The notes under the pieces: model-generated
The model's database searches: none
What the model was told of the DNA's origin: nothing
What the model saw: the letters and a program-made list of their open reading frames with translations, nothing else
Origin: an uncultured Actinomycetota bacterium
GTDB lineage: Bacteria > Actinomycetota > Actinomycetes > Propionibacteriales > Nocardioidaceae
DNA length: 64,000 bases
NCBI GenBank assembly: GCA_963754155.1
Contig: CAVWEU010000002.1
Location: 3,212-67,211 of the forward strand
Direction of reading: 5' to 3'
Shown here: piece after piece, positions 50,517 to 59,202 of the stretch
How the letters are laid out: the number at the start of each line of letters is the position of its first letter
Numbering within the stretch: position 1 is the stretch's first letter
Made by a program: the position numbers and the translations under genes

Positions 50517-50632
50517 GGACGTCAGTCTCGACCCTCGGACGTCGGTTCCACAAACCCTAATCTTGTGATGTGAGACGAGCGTCCGCTATTTGATACGGCA
50601 CGAGGGGGGAGTCGGGCGGTGGACGGCGTCAT

Positions 50633-50638
50633 TAGGCT
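50633..50638 (+). promoter_or_regulatory. -10-like hexamer TAGGCT, 6 nt before ATG 50645
   Basis: TANNNT-N6-start pattern. Confidence 0.4.
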
Positions 50639-50644
50639 GTCGGC

Positions 50645-52117
50645 ATGACCGACGCCCCGCTCGATAACCCGCTCGACGACCAGCTCGCCGCCACCACCAG
50701 CACCGCCTACCGATCGGCCCTCGAGGTGATCGCCTCGGTCGAGCCCCGGATCGCCGAGGCCACCCGCGCGGAGCTCGCCGACCAACGGTCGTCGCTGAAG
50801 CTGATCGCCAGCGAGAACTACGCTTCGCCGGCGGTGCTGCTCACCATGGGCACGTGGTTCTCCGACAAGTACGCCGAGGGCACGGTGGGCCACCGGTTCT
50901 ACGCCGGGTGCCAGAACGTCGACACCGTGGAGGCGCTCGCCGCCGAGCACGCTCGTGAGCTGTTCGGCGCGCCGTACGCCTATGCGCAGCCGCACTCGGG
51001 GATCGACGCGAACCTCGTCGCGTTCTGGTCGATCCTCGCGCACCGCATCGAGAGCCCGGCGCTCGAGAAGCACTCCGTGCGCAACGTCAACGAGCTGAGC
51101 GAGGCCGACTGGGAGGAGCTGCGCCAGCAGTTCGGCAGCCAGCGGATGCTCGGGATGTCGCTCGACGCCGGCGGCCACCTGACCCACGGGTTCCGGCCCA
51201 ACATCAGCGGCAAGATGTTCCACCAGCGCTCCTACGGCACCGACTCCGAGACCGGGCTCCTCGACTACGACCGGGTCCGGGAGGCCGCCCGCGAGTTCCG
51301 GCCGCTGATCCTCGTCGCCGGCTACTCGGCGTACCCCCGCCGGGTGAACTTCGCCACGATGCGCGAGATCGCCGACGAGGTCGGCGCCACCCTCATGGTC
51401 GACATGGCGCACTTCGCGGGGCTGGTGGCCGGCAAGGTCTTCACCGGGGACGAGGACCCGGTGCCGCACGCGCACGTCACGACGACGACGACCCACAAGT
51501 CGCTGCGCGGGCCCCGAGGCGGGCTGGTGCTCGCCGCCGAGGAGTACGCCCCCTCCGTCGACCGCGGCTGCCCGATGGTGCTCGGCGGGCCGCTGTCGCA
51601 CGTGATGGCGGCCAAGGCGGTCGCGCTCGCCGAGGCGAGGCAGCCGTCGTTCCGCGACTACGCCCAGCGGATCGCCGACAACGCCAAGTCGCTCGCCGAC
51701 GGGTTCATGTCCCGCGGTGCGAAGCTGGTCACCGACGGCACCGACAACCACCTCGTGCTGCTGGACGTGACGTCGTTCGGGCTCACCGGCCGGCAGGCGG
51801 AGTCGGCGCTGCTGGACGCCGGCGTCGTGACCAACCGCAACTCGGTCCCGGCGGACCCCAACGGCGCCTGGTACACCTCGGGCATCCGGTTCGGCACCCC
51901 GGCGCTCACCACCCGCGGGTTCGGCCACGACGAGTTCGACCGGGTCGCCGAGCTGGTCGTCGACGTCCTCAAGAGCACCTCCCCGCGCTCGACCTCCGCC
52001 GGCGCCCCCTCCAAGGCGAACTACGAGCTGGCCGACGGGGTCGTCGAGCGGACCAAGGCGGCCTCCTCCGAGCTGCTCGACAAGCACCCCCTCTACCCGG
52101 GGCTCGAGCTGGTCTGA
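50645..52117 (+). CDS. glyA: Serine hydroxymethyltransferase (long form)
   Basis: LIASENY, PLP-lysine motif [14 protein letters not shown]. About 35-aa internal insert and a C-terminal extension relative to the 420-aa forms. Confidence 0.9.
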   Translation: MTDAPLDNPLDDQLAATTSTAYRSALEVIASVEPRIAEATRAELADQRSSLKLIASENYASPAVLLTMGTWFSDKYAEGTVGHRFYAGCQNVDTVEALAAEHARELFGAPYAYAQPHSGIDANLVAFWSILAHRIESPALEKHSVRNVNELSEADWEELRQQFGSQRMLGMSLDAGGHLTHGFRPNISGKMFHQRSYGTDSETGLLDYDRVREAAREFRPLILVAGYSAYPRRVNFATMREIADEVGATLMVDMAHFAGLVAGKVFTGDEDPVPHAHVTTTTTHKSLRGPRGGLVLAAEEYAPSVDRGCPMVLGGPLSHVMAAKAVALAEARQPSFRDYAQRIADNAKSLADGFMSRGAKLVTDGTDNHLVLLDVTSFGLTGRQAESALLDAGVVTNRNSVPADPNGAWYTSGIRFGTPALTTRGFGHDEFDRVAELVVDVLKSTSPRSTSAGAPSKANYELADGVVERTKAASSELLDKHPLYPGLELV

Positions 52118-52145
52118 CGGTTTCCCGTGGGAGACGGCGGCGACC

Positions 52146-52514
52146 TCACAGCTGGTCGAGGAGCCAGGACGGGCTCATGACAGCCGCGCCGAGGTGCTCC
52201 ACCTGACCGCGGAGCGCCCGGTCGGCGGTGATCACCGTGACCTGCTCACCACGGGTCAGGGCCTCGTGGACAACGCCGACCACGGCGGTGTCGCCGTCCC
52301 GGCGGGCGTGGACGGTGGTGACGTGCAGGTCCCGACCGGCCCGCGCCCCGCCCTTCGCCTTGCCCTCCAGCACGAGCACCACCTCGTCGTACGGCGTGCC
52401 CGCGACGAGGAGCCGCTCGTGCAGCCGCCGGGCCGCCCCGGCGCGGTCCTTCCACCACCCGTCCGGGGTGGCGCCGACGACGTTCGCGCCGTCCACCACG
52501 AGGATCCGGGTCAC
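52146..52514 (-). CDS. NYN/YacP-like (PIN-fold) domain protein
   Basis: VTRILVVDGANVVG...VVLVLEG...VITADRALR pattern. The GTG overlaps the upstream stop (GTGA). Confidence 0.6.
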   Translation of the reverse strand: MTRILVVDGANVVGATPDGWWKDRAGAARRLHERLLVAGTPYDEVVLVLEGKAKGGARAGRDLHVTTVHARRDGDTAVVGVVHEALTRGEQVTVITADRALRGQVEHLGAAVMSPSWLLDQL

Positions 52515-53101
52515 GGCTCCACCAGCGCGCCGTGCTGCTCGGCCAGCCGCACGGCACCGGCCAGGTCGAGCCGGGTCCCTTCCAGCCGGGCCTGCGACAG
52601 GTCGACCCGGTCGAGCGTCGCGCCCCGGAGGTCGGCGTCCTTCAGCAGCGCACCCCTCACCGTGGCGCCGGTCAGGTCGGCGCGTGCCAGGTCGGTGCCG
52701 GTCAGGTCGCACTCGGTGAGGTCCGCCTCCTGGAGATGGAGCCCGGAGAGGTCCAGCCGCGTCATCCGCGCGCCGCGCACGACGACGCCGCGCCAGACGC
52801 CTCCGCGCACCTTCAGCGGTCGCAGGGTGCAGTCGACGAAGAGGCTCCCGGTCAGCTTGCAGCCGTCGAGCTCGGCGTCGAACAGGCTCGTCCTGAGGAA
52901 GTGGCACCCGACGAACGCGGTGGCCACGTGGCGCGAGGCGTTGAGCCGGCTGTTCTCGAACCGGCACGTCGTGAAGGTCGCCCCGGCCGACGACGCCTCG
53001 GTGAGGTCGACGTCGCGGAAGGTGCAGTCGGTGAAGACCCGGGCGCCGAGCTCCTCGCCGTACCAGTCCTCGTCGGAGAACGTGACGCCCTCGACACTCA
53101 C
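52511..53101 (-). CDS. Pentapeptide-repeat protein
   Basis: 196 aa of A(D/N)LxG-type repeats (ADLTECDLTGTDLARADLTGATVRGALLKDADLRGATL...). The GTG overlaps the upstream stop (GTGA). Confidence 0.8.
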   Translation of the reverse strand: MSVEGVTFSDEDWYGEELGARVFTDCTFRDVDLTEASSAGATFTTCRFENSRLNASRHVATAFVGCHFLRTSLFDAELDGCKLTGSLFVDCTLRPLKVRGGVWRGVVVRGARMTRLDLSGLHLQEADLTECDLTGTDLARADLTGATVRGALLKDADLRGATLDRVDLSQARLEGTRLDLAGAVRLAEQHGALVEP

Positions 53102-54735
53102 GCGATGACCGGCGTGGTGCGGGCGACGATCGCGGCGAGGTCGAGGCCGGCAGGCAGGGTGCCGAGCGTGCCGGCGTACTCGCCGCCGAGCCGGGACGCG
53201 CAGAACGCGTCCGCCACCTCCACCGGCGCGTGCTGGACGAGCAGTGCGCCCTGCAGGCAGAGCGCCATCTGGACGGCCAGGCGTCGGGCCTGGCCCTCGA
53301 CCCCGGCCGTGTCCGCGAACGTCTCCAGGGTGGCGCGGATCGCGGTGTCCAGCCGCGGGTCCGCACCGCTGGCGCGGCCGACCTCGCTGATCCAGGCGTC
53401 GAGCACCTCCGGCTCCCGGGAGAGCGCGCGCAGCACGTCGAGGGCGTTGACGTTGCCCGACCCCTCCCAGATCGAGTTGAGCGGGGACTCCCGGAACAGC
53501 AGCGGCAACCCCGACTCCTCCACGTAGCCGTTGCCGCCGAGGCACTCGAGCGCCTCGGCCACCATCGTCGGCGTCCGCTTGCACACCCAGAACTTCGCGA
53601 GCGGCAGCGCGATCCGGCGCAGCGCGGCCTCGTGGGGGTCGGCGATGTCGTCGACCGCCGCGGCCAGCCGGAGCGCCAGCGCCGTCGCCGCCTCGGACTC
53701 CACCGCCAGGTCCGCGACGACGTTCTGCATGAGCGGCTTGTCGGCGAGCACCGAGCCGAAGGCGGCCCGGTGTGCGACGTGCCACGACGCCTCCGCGAGG
53801 GAGCGGCGCATGAGGGAGGCCGACCCGAGGACGCAGTCGAGCCGGGTGGCGGCGACCATCTCGATGATCGTCCGGACGCCGCGGCCCTCGTCGCCGAGCC
53901 GCTGCGCCCAGGTGCCGTGGAGCTCGAGCTCGGCGGAGGCGTTGGACCGGTTGCCGAGCTTGTCCTTGAGCCGCACGACGTCGATCCGGTTGCGGGTGCC
54001 GTCCGGGACCACGCGCGGGACGAGGAAGCAGGTGAGCCCGCCCTCGGCCTGCGCCAGCACCAGGAACACGTCGTTCATGGGGGCGGAGGTGAACCACTTG
54101 TGCCCGGACAGGGTGTACTCGCCGTCCACCTCGGTGCGGCGGGCCTCCGTGAGGTTGGCCCGGACGTCGGAGCCGCCCTGCTTCTCGGTCATCCCCATGC
54201 CGGCGAGCACGCCCGCCTTCGCCTCGGGGGAGCGCATGCCGAAGTCGTACGTCGTCGACGCCAGCCGAGGCGTCCACTCCTTGGCGATCACGTCGTCGGC
54301 ACGCAACGCCGGGACGGCGGCGTACGTCATGGAGATCGGACACCCGTGCCCGGGCTCGGTCTGCGACCAGGCGAAGAACCCGGCGGCCCGCCGGACGTGG
54401 GCGTTCGGCGAGTCACTGGTCCAGGGGGTGGCGCCGAGCCCGAAGCCGATGCCGTGCTCGAGGAGCCAGTGCCACGAGGGGTGGAACCGCACCTCGTCGA
54501 CGCGGTTGCCGTAGCGGTCGAACGGCACCAGGACCGGCTCGTTCTGGTTGGCCAGCATGCCGTGCTCCCGCGCCTCCGCGGTGCCCGCGAGCCTCCCGAG
54601 CGGCACGAGGTCGTCGAGGACGCCGACGGAGCCGTGCCGGAGGACCGCCTCCCGGAGGGCGGCGTCGGAGGAGATCACGTCGTGGCCGGTCAGCGGCGGG
54701 GCCTGGTTCGTCGCTACGCGGTTGGAGGGGACCAT
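53098..54735 (-). CDS. AidB-like acyl-CoA dehydrogenase family protein
   Basis: 545 aa. ...MTEKQGGSDVRAN..., FWVCKRTPTMVAEALECLGGNGYVEESGLPLLFRESPLNSIWEGSGNV. Confidence 0.8.
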   Translation of the reverse strand: MVPSNRVATNQAPPLTGHDVISSDAALREAVLRHGSVGVLDDLVPLGRLAGTAEAREHGMLANQNEPVLVPFDRYGNRVDEVRFHPSWHWLLEHGIGFGLGATPWTSDSPNAHVRRAAGFFAWSQTEPGHGCPISMTYAAVPALRADDVIAKEWTPRLASTTYDFGMRSPEAKAGVLAGMGMTEKQGGSDVRANLTEARRTEVDGEYTLSGHKWFTSAPMNDVFLVLAQAEGGLTCFLVPRVVPDGTRNRIDVVRLKDKLGNRSNASAELELHGTWAQRLGDEGRGVRTIIEMVAATRLDCVLGSASLMRRSLAEASWHVAHRAAFGSVLADKPLMQNVVADLAVESEAATALALRLAAAVDDIADPHEAALRRIALPLAKFWVCKRTPTMVAEALECLGGNGYVEESGLPLLFRESPLNSIWEGSGNVNALDVLRALSREPEVLDAWISEVGRASGADPRLDTAIRATLETFADTAGVEGQARRLAVQMALCLQGALLVQHAPVEVADAFCASRLGGEYAGTLGTLPAGLDLAAIVARTTPVIA

Positions 54736-54740
54736 GTCGT

Positions 54741-54747
54741 TACGGTA
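54741..54747. promoter_or_regulatory. Palindromic TACGGTA providing overlapping -10 hexamers for two divergent leaderless genes
   Basis: TACGGT lies 6 nt before ATG 54753 on the plus strand, and TACCGT 6 nt before ATG 54735 on the minus strand. The intergenic distance is only 17 bp. Confidence 0.45.
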
Positions 54748-54752
54748 GAGCC

Positions 54753-55820
54753 ATGCCTGCCGCCAGGGATGCCGCCGTCCCGGTTCCGTCCCGGTGGCGG
54801 GCCGCCGGCTCGGCTGCCTGGCGACTCGTCGTCTCTACGCTGGGCAACTGCATCCGCAACCGGGTGACCGGGCTGGCCGCTGAGGCGGCCTTCTTCGCGC
54901 TGCTGTCGCTGCCACCGCTGATCTTCGGGCTGGCCGGCTCGATCGGGTGGGTCGTGCAGACCTTCACCGACCAGCGGATCGGCGAGTTCAAGGCGCAGGT
55001 GGTCGACCTTGCCCGCCAGGCGTTCGTGGAGGACACCGTCAACGAGATCATCGTCCCGACGCTGGACGACGTCCTCGGTGGCCCGCGCTACGACGTCATC
55101 TCGATCGGCTTCGTGCTGGCGCTGTGGTCGGGCTCGCGGGCCCTCAACGTGTTCGTCGACACCGTGACGATCATGTACGGCCTCGGCGGCCTCCGCGGCA
55201 TCGTCAAGACCCGGATGCTCTCGTTCCTCCTCTACGTGCTCGGGCTGCTCACCGGCATCGTCACGATCCCGCTGGTGGTCGCCGGTCCAGGGCTGGTGGA
55301 CCGGGCGCTGCCCGAGCGCCTCGACGCCCTCAACGCGCTCTACTGGCCGATCGTGGTGGTGCTCTGCGTCGTGTTCACCGCGACGCTCTACCACGTGTCC
55401 GTGCCCGTGCGGACCTCGTGGCGCTACAACCTGCCCGGCGCCGCGCTCACGCTGATGATCTGGATCGCCGGCTCGGCGGTGCTGCGCTCGGTGCTCAGCG
55501 CCACCGCCGCGGACTCGACGTCGATCTACGGGCCGCTGGCTGCGCCGATCGCGGTCATGATCTGGCTCTACATCCTGGCGATCGCCGTGCTCATCGGCGC
55601 TGCCCTGAACGCCTCCTTCGACGAGCTGTGGCCGGAGTCGGCCCCGGCGACGGCACGGGTCGAGCTGGTCCGGCGGTTGCGTCGCCGGGCCGCGCTGCTG
55701 CCGCGGCTGCGGCGCACCCATGTCGAGCACGCGGCCGTGCGCGACACGACCGACCCGGAGGTGCCTCCGGACGACCTGCAGGAGACCACCGTGATCCCCA
55801 GGCACGTCGAGCCGCGGTGA
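54753..55820 (+). CDS. YihY/BrkB-family membrane protein
   Basis: GLAAEAAFFALLSLPPLIFGL...YGPLAAPIAVMIWLYILAIAVLIGAALN. Confidence 0.8.
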   Translation: MPAARDAAVPVPSRWRAAGSAAWRLVVSTLGNCIRNRVTGLAAEAAFFALLSLPPLIFGLAGSIGWVVQTFTDQRIGEFKAQVVDLARQAFVEDTVNEIIVPTLDDVLGGPRYDVISIGFVLALWSGSRALNVFVDTVTIMYGLGGLRGIVKTRMLSFLLYVLGLLTGIVTIPLVVAGPGLVDRALPERLDALNALYWPIVVVLCVVFTATLYHVSVPVRTSWRYNLPGAALTLMIWIAGSAVLRSVLSATAADSTSIYGPLAAPIAVMIWLYILAIAVLIGAALNASFDELWPESAPATARVELVRRLRRRAALLPRLRRTHVEHAAVRDTTDPEVPPDDLQETTVIPRHVEPR

Positions 55821-55872
55821 CTCCGGTGTCCCGGCACCGTGAAATCCGCTGGGGCGCGGCGCGCCGGCGCCG

Positions 55873-55878
55873 TACATT
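55873..55878 (+). promoter_or_regulatory. -10-like hexamer TACATT, 6 nt before ATG 55885
   Basis: TANNNT-N6-start pattern. Confidence 0.4.
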
Positions 55879-55884
55879 CGCGAG

Positions 55885-56145
55885 ATGGGTGCTGAGCCGG
55901 GCCCGCGGGTCGTCGCGGCGCAGGTCGCGGGCGACCGGACCGGGCGCGTGGTGTCGGTGACCACCGGACTGGTCCGCGTCATCGTCCGCAGCCGGGCGCT
56001 GCGGGCCACCGTCGGCGCCGACATGCTCGCCGCGATGTGCCGGGACGAGGCGGCCGGTCCGCGGGTCGGCGACCGGGTCCGGTTGCGGTGCTGGGCCGAC
56101 GGACGGGCGACCGTCGAGGAGGTGCTGGAGCGCCCGCCGGGATGA
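55885..56145 (+). CDS. 86-aa protein resembling only the N-terminal OB domain of RsgA-type GTPases
   Basis: GRVVSVTTGLVRVIVRSRALRATVGADMLA...PRVGDRVRLRCWADGRATVEEVLERPPG*. High GC3. No GTPase motifs follow in any frame. Confidence 0.45.
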   Translation: MGAEPGPRVVAAQVAGDRTGRVVSVTTGLVRVIVRSRALRATVGADMLAAMCRDEAAGPRVGDRVRLRCWADGRATVEEVLERPPG

Positions 56146-56232
56146 GCGGGACGGCAGGTGCTCCCGCGGTCCCGATGCAGCGCGTGGGATGCTGGGCGGC
56201 GCCCGGTTCCTGCTGCTCGGAAGGTGGACGAC

Positions 56233-56568
56233 ATGGCGAACGTGAACATGCCCGCGCCGGTGGCGTTCGCGGGTGCGGCGCTGTGCGCGCTCGGTGGCTA
56301 CCTCATCGGCGTGGTCGCCGGACCTGACACCACGAGCCGGACCACCGCAGAGGTGGTCAGCTTCGACGCCGGCAGCCAGGAGCTGTGCCTGACCGGCGAG
56401 GCTGTCGCGGAGCTTCCCCAGACCGACGAAGGGCGGCTCTGCGGCACGTGGCGCTCGCCGCAGCGTGGCTCCCGCCCGCAGGAGGGCGACGAGTTCCGGT
56501 TCGTCGTGATGTCGAGCGAGGGCGAGGGCGAGGTCTCGACGTTCATCTACGGCGACGTCGTGGACTGA
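56233..56568 (+). CDS. Membrane-anchored hypothetical protein (111 aa)
   Basis: ATG 56233 follows GGAAGGTGGA. N-terminal TM. Confidence 0.55.
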   Translation: MANVNMPAPVAFAGAALCALGGYLIGVVAGPDTTSRTTAEVVSFDAGSQELCLTGEAVAELPQTDEGRLCGTWRSPQRGSRPQEGDEFRFVVMSSEGEGEVSTFIYGDVVD

Positions 56569-56590
56569 CGGTGCCCGGCCGAGCGTCCCG

Positions 56591-56596
56591 TAGATT
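56591..56596 (+). promoter_or_regulatory. -10-like hexamer TAGATT, 7 nt before GTG 56604
   Basis: TANNNT-N7-start pattern. Confidence 0.4.
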
Positions 56597-56603
56597 CACC
56601 TCC

Positions 56604-57689
56604 GTGCCCGATCAGGAGAACGCAACCGCGCTGGGAACCATCCGGTTCCCGGAGGTCGTCCGCTCACCCTGGTGGGCTCTGGGTCGGCGGCTCCTCCTGG
56701 CGGTGGGGATCCTGTCCCTGACCGTGGCGCTCGTCTACTTCGACCGGGACGGCTACCGCGACAACGCGGACCCGACCCTGGAGGTCGACCTCAGCGACGC
56801 CATCTACTACACGACCGTCACGTTGAGCACCACCGGCTACGGTGACATCGCCCCGGAGACGCAGACGGCCCGCCTGGTGAACGCCTTCGCGATCACCCCG
56901 TTGCGGATCGCCTTCCTCGTCCTCCTGATCGGGACGACGCTCGAGGTGCTGGCCAGCCAGGGGCGGGAGATGTTCCGGGTGGCCCGATGGAGGAAGCGCA
57001 TGAACGAGCACGTGGTGGTCGTCGGCTACGGCACGAAGGGCCGCAGCGCGATCGACACCCTGGTCAACAACGGCCACCCCAAGGAGCGGATCGTCGTGGT
57101 CGACCCCGATGCCGCCGCGATCCAGGAAGCCACGACGGACGGCATGACGGTCGTCATCGGCGACGCCACCCGCCGCGACGTGCTGCGCCGGGCCGGAGTC
57201 CCCAAGGCGAGCCAGATCATCATCACCACCGACCGCGACGACTCCACCGTGCTGTCGGTCCTGAACGCCCGGCAGCTCAACTCCACTGCCCACATCGTCG
57301 CCGCGGTGCGCGAGGGTGACAACGTCTCGCTGGTCCGGCAGAGCGGCGCGGACGCCGTCGTCACCTCCTCGGACGCCGTGGGCCGGCTGCTGGGGCTCTC
57401 CTCGGTCAGCCCGGCCCTCGGCTCGGTGCTCGAGGACCTGCTCACGTCCGGCAACGGGCTCGAGGTGGCCGAGCGTGAGCTCCTCGTGCCCGAGGTCGGC
57501 AAGCAGCCGCAGCAGCTGCCCGACCAGGTGATCGCGGTGGTGCGGGAGAACCGCGTGCACCGCTACTTCGAGCCGGTGGTCACCCAGCTGGCACGGGGCG
57601 ACAAGCTGATCGTCGTACGCCCGGCCGAGGAGCTGCCCTGGGCGCCGCGGCCGGGCACCCACGACGAGATCACCGCCGACGAGGAGTGA
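56604..57689 (+). CDS. Potassium channel with an RCK/TrkA domain
   Basis: Selectivity filter TVTLSTTGYGDI. Rossmann VVVVGYGTKGRS. C-terminal TrkA-C-like region. Confidence 0.85.
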   Translation: MPDQENATALGTIRFPEVVRSPWWALGRRLLLAVGILSLTVALVYFDRDGYRDNADPTLEVDLSDAIYYTTVTLSTTGYGDIAPETQTARLVNAFAITPLRIAFLVLLIGTTLEVLASQGREMFRVARWRKRMNEHVVVVGYGTKGRSAIDTLVNNGHPKERIVVVDPDAAAIQEATTDGMTVVIGDATRRDVLRRAGVPKASQIIITTDRDDSTVLSVLNARQLNSTAHIVAAVREGDNVSLVRQSGADAVVTSSDAVGRLLGLSSVSPALGSVLEDLLTSGNGLEVAERELLVPEVGKQPQQLPDQVIAVVRENRVHRYFEPVVTQLARGDKLIVVRPAEELPWAPRPGTHDEITADEE

Positions 57690-57693
57690 CCGC

Positions 57694-58137
57694 ATGACCC
57701 CGAGCGGCCCCGGCCCGGAGTACGACGGCAGCGCCGTCGACGCGCTGCTCGCGGAGGCACGCGCGGGGGTGCAGCGGGTGACCGCCGACCAGCTGTCCGG
57801 CGAGCTGGCTGCGGGGGCACTGGTCGTGGACATCCGGCCGGTCGAGCAGCGGACACGGGACGGGGAGCTGGCAGGCGGGGTGGTCATCGACCGCAACATC
57901 CTCGAGTGGCGGCTCGACCCGACCAGCCCGCACCGCCTCCCGGACGCCGGGGACCCGTCCCGGCGCGTCGTCGTCGTCTGCAACGAGGGGTACAGCTCCA
58001 GCCTGGCCGCCGCCACGCTGCGGCGGCTCGGCCTCAGCGGCGCCACCGACCTCGTCGGCGGCTACCAGGCCCTGCTGGCACTGCCTCCGTCCCGGCGCCC
58101 GGGGGGCCAGGAACAGGAGAGCCCCTCGCTCGTGTGA
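57694..58137 (+). CDS. Rhodanese-like domain protein
   Basis: SD GAGGAG upstream. Active-site loop VVVCNEGYSSS. Confidence 0.75.
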   Translation: MTPSGPGPEYDGSAVDALLAEARAGVQRVTADQLSGELAAGALVVDIRPVEQRTRDGELAGGVVIDRNILEWRLDPTSPHRLPDAGDPSRRVVVVCNEGYSSSLAAATLRRLGLSGATDLVGGYQALLALPPSRRPGGQEQESPSLV

Positions 58138-58157
58138 AAGGGAGACACGAGCGAGGG
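58123..58157 (+). terminator. Hairpin overlapping the rhodanese gene stop
   Basis: CCCTCGCTCGTGT-gaaagggag-ACACGAGCGAGGG: a perfect 13-bp stem followed by CCTCTTCTCC. Confidence 0.5.
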
Positions 58158-58388
58158 CCTCTTCTCCGGTGCGGGTGCTGCGGGAGAGTGTCAGGCGCCT
58201 TCCCCAAGACGGTGACGAGCAGCGGAAACCCACCCCTGGGGACACTTTGCCGCGCCCGCTGGGTCGAAGGCCAGCAACGCGCCGGTGGTCCGACGAGGAA
58301 TCAGTGGCTGGCGTCGCGTCGCGACCGGCGTAGAGTGACGTGGCCGAGATCACCCGGTCTCGGCTAGGCACGAGCAGACAGGCGGGCC

Positions 58389-58655
58389 ATGTCGCACGGA
58401 CCCACGATGACCCAGGGTGAGCGGCTCGCCAAGTGGTGGGCGAGCCTCGACGAGGAGCGCCGCTCGCACGCGCGCCTCTGCGTCATGACGAACACCCCCG
58501 ACGGTCCCTTCCTCGAGGGGCTCCGCGACGCCGAGATCGGTCTCGCCGACGTCGGCTGGGCAGCCCACAGCGGTGCCCGCACGCACATCCCCATGGCGAT
58601 CCAGAAGTTCGTCCGCGCCCAGTCCGACGACCTCCCCCCGCACGCCGAGAGCTGA
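58389..58655 (+). CDS. Small hypothetical protein (88 aa)
   Basis: High GC3. No family recognised. The start could be ATG 58407. Confidence 0.5.
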   Translation: MSHGPTMTQGERLAKWWASLDEERRSHARLCVMTNTPDGPFLEGLRDAEIGLADVGWAAHSGARTHIPMAIQKFVRAQSDDLPPHAES

Positions 58656-58779
58656 CCCGGCTCGAGGGCCCCGGAGCGCCGGCAAGAAAAGATCTCGGTG
58701 CGGTGTCGATCTGCGCGGATGCCGTTCGACGCGATGGTAGAAGGGGCCATCCGGGCACCGAAGAGAGCGAGGAACTCCG

Positions 58780-59202
58780 ATGAAGTACATGCTGATCATG
58801 CGAGCCACCGCCGAGGCCGTCGAGGCGTTCAAGACGATGGACATGGAGCAGGTCATCAACGAGATGGGCGCCTACAACGAGGCGATGGTGAAGGCCGGCG
58901 TCATGCTCGCCGGGGAGGGGCTGGCCGACGCGAGCGAGGGGTTCGTCGTCGACTTCGGCGCCGAGAAGCCGGTCGTCACCGACGGGCCGTACGGCGAGGT
59001 GCACGAGCTGTTCAACGGGTTCTGGATCCTCCAGGTCTCCTCGCGGGAGGAGGCCGTGGAGTGGGCCAGCCGGGCTCCGCTCGGACCGGGCAGCAAGCTC
59101 GAGGTGCGACGAGTCAACGAGATGGAGGACTTCGCCGACTTCGCCGACAACGAGTTCATCCAGAAGGAAGAGGGCTGGCGCGAGGAGCTCGGCGCGAGGT
59201 GA
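58780..59202 (+). CDS. YciI-family protein
   Basis: MKYMLIMRAT...TDGPYGEVHELFNGFWILQV is typical of YciI/DGPF proteins. Confidence 0.8.
   Translation: MKYMLIMRATAEAVEAFKTMDMEQVINEMGAYNEAMVKAGVMLAGEGLADASEGFVVDFGAEKPVVTDGPYGEVHELFNGFWILQVSSREEAVEWASRAPLGPGSKLEVRRVNEMEDFADFADNEFIQKEEGWREELGAR

Noticed and set aside
50517-50644. ZTP, THF or other riboswitch upstream of glyA.
   Set aside because: I found no CCGCCTGGG-type 3' element or other remembered consensus. A TAGGCT hexamer 6 nt before the ATG indicates a leaderless glyA transcript, leaving no room for a riboswitch. A cmsearch would still be the decisive test.
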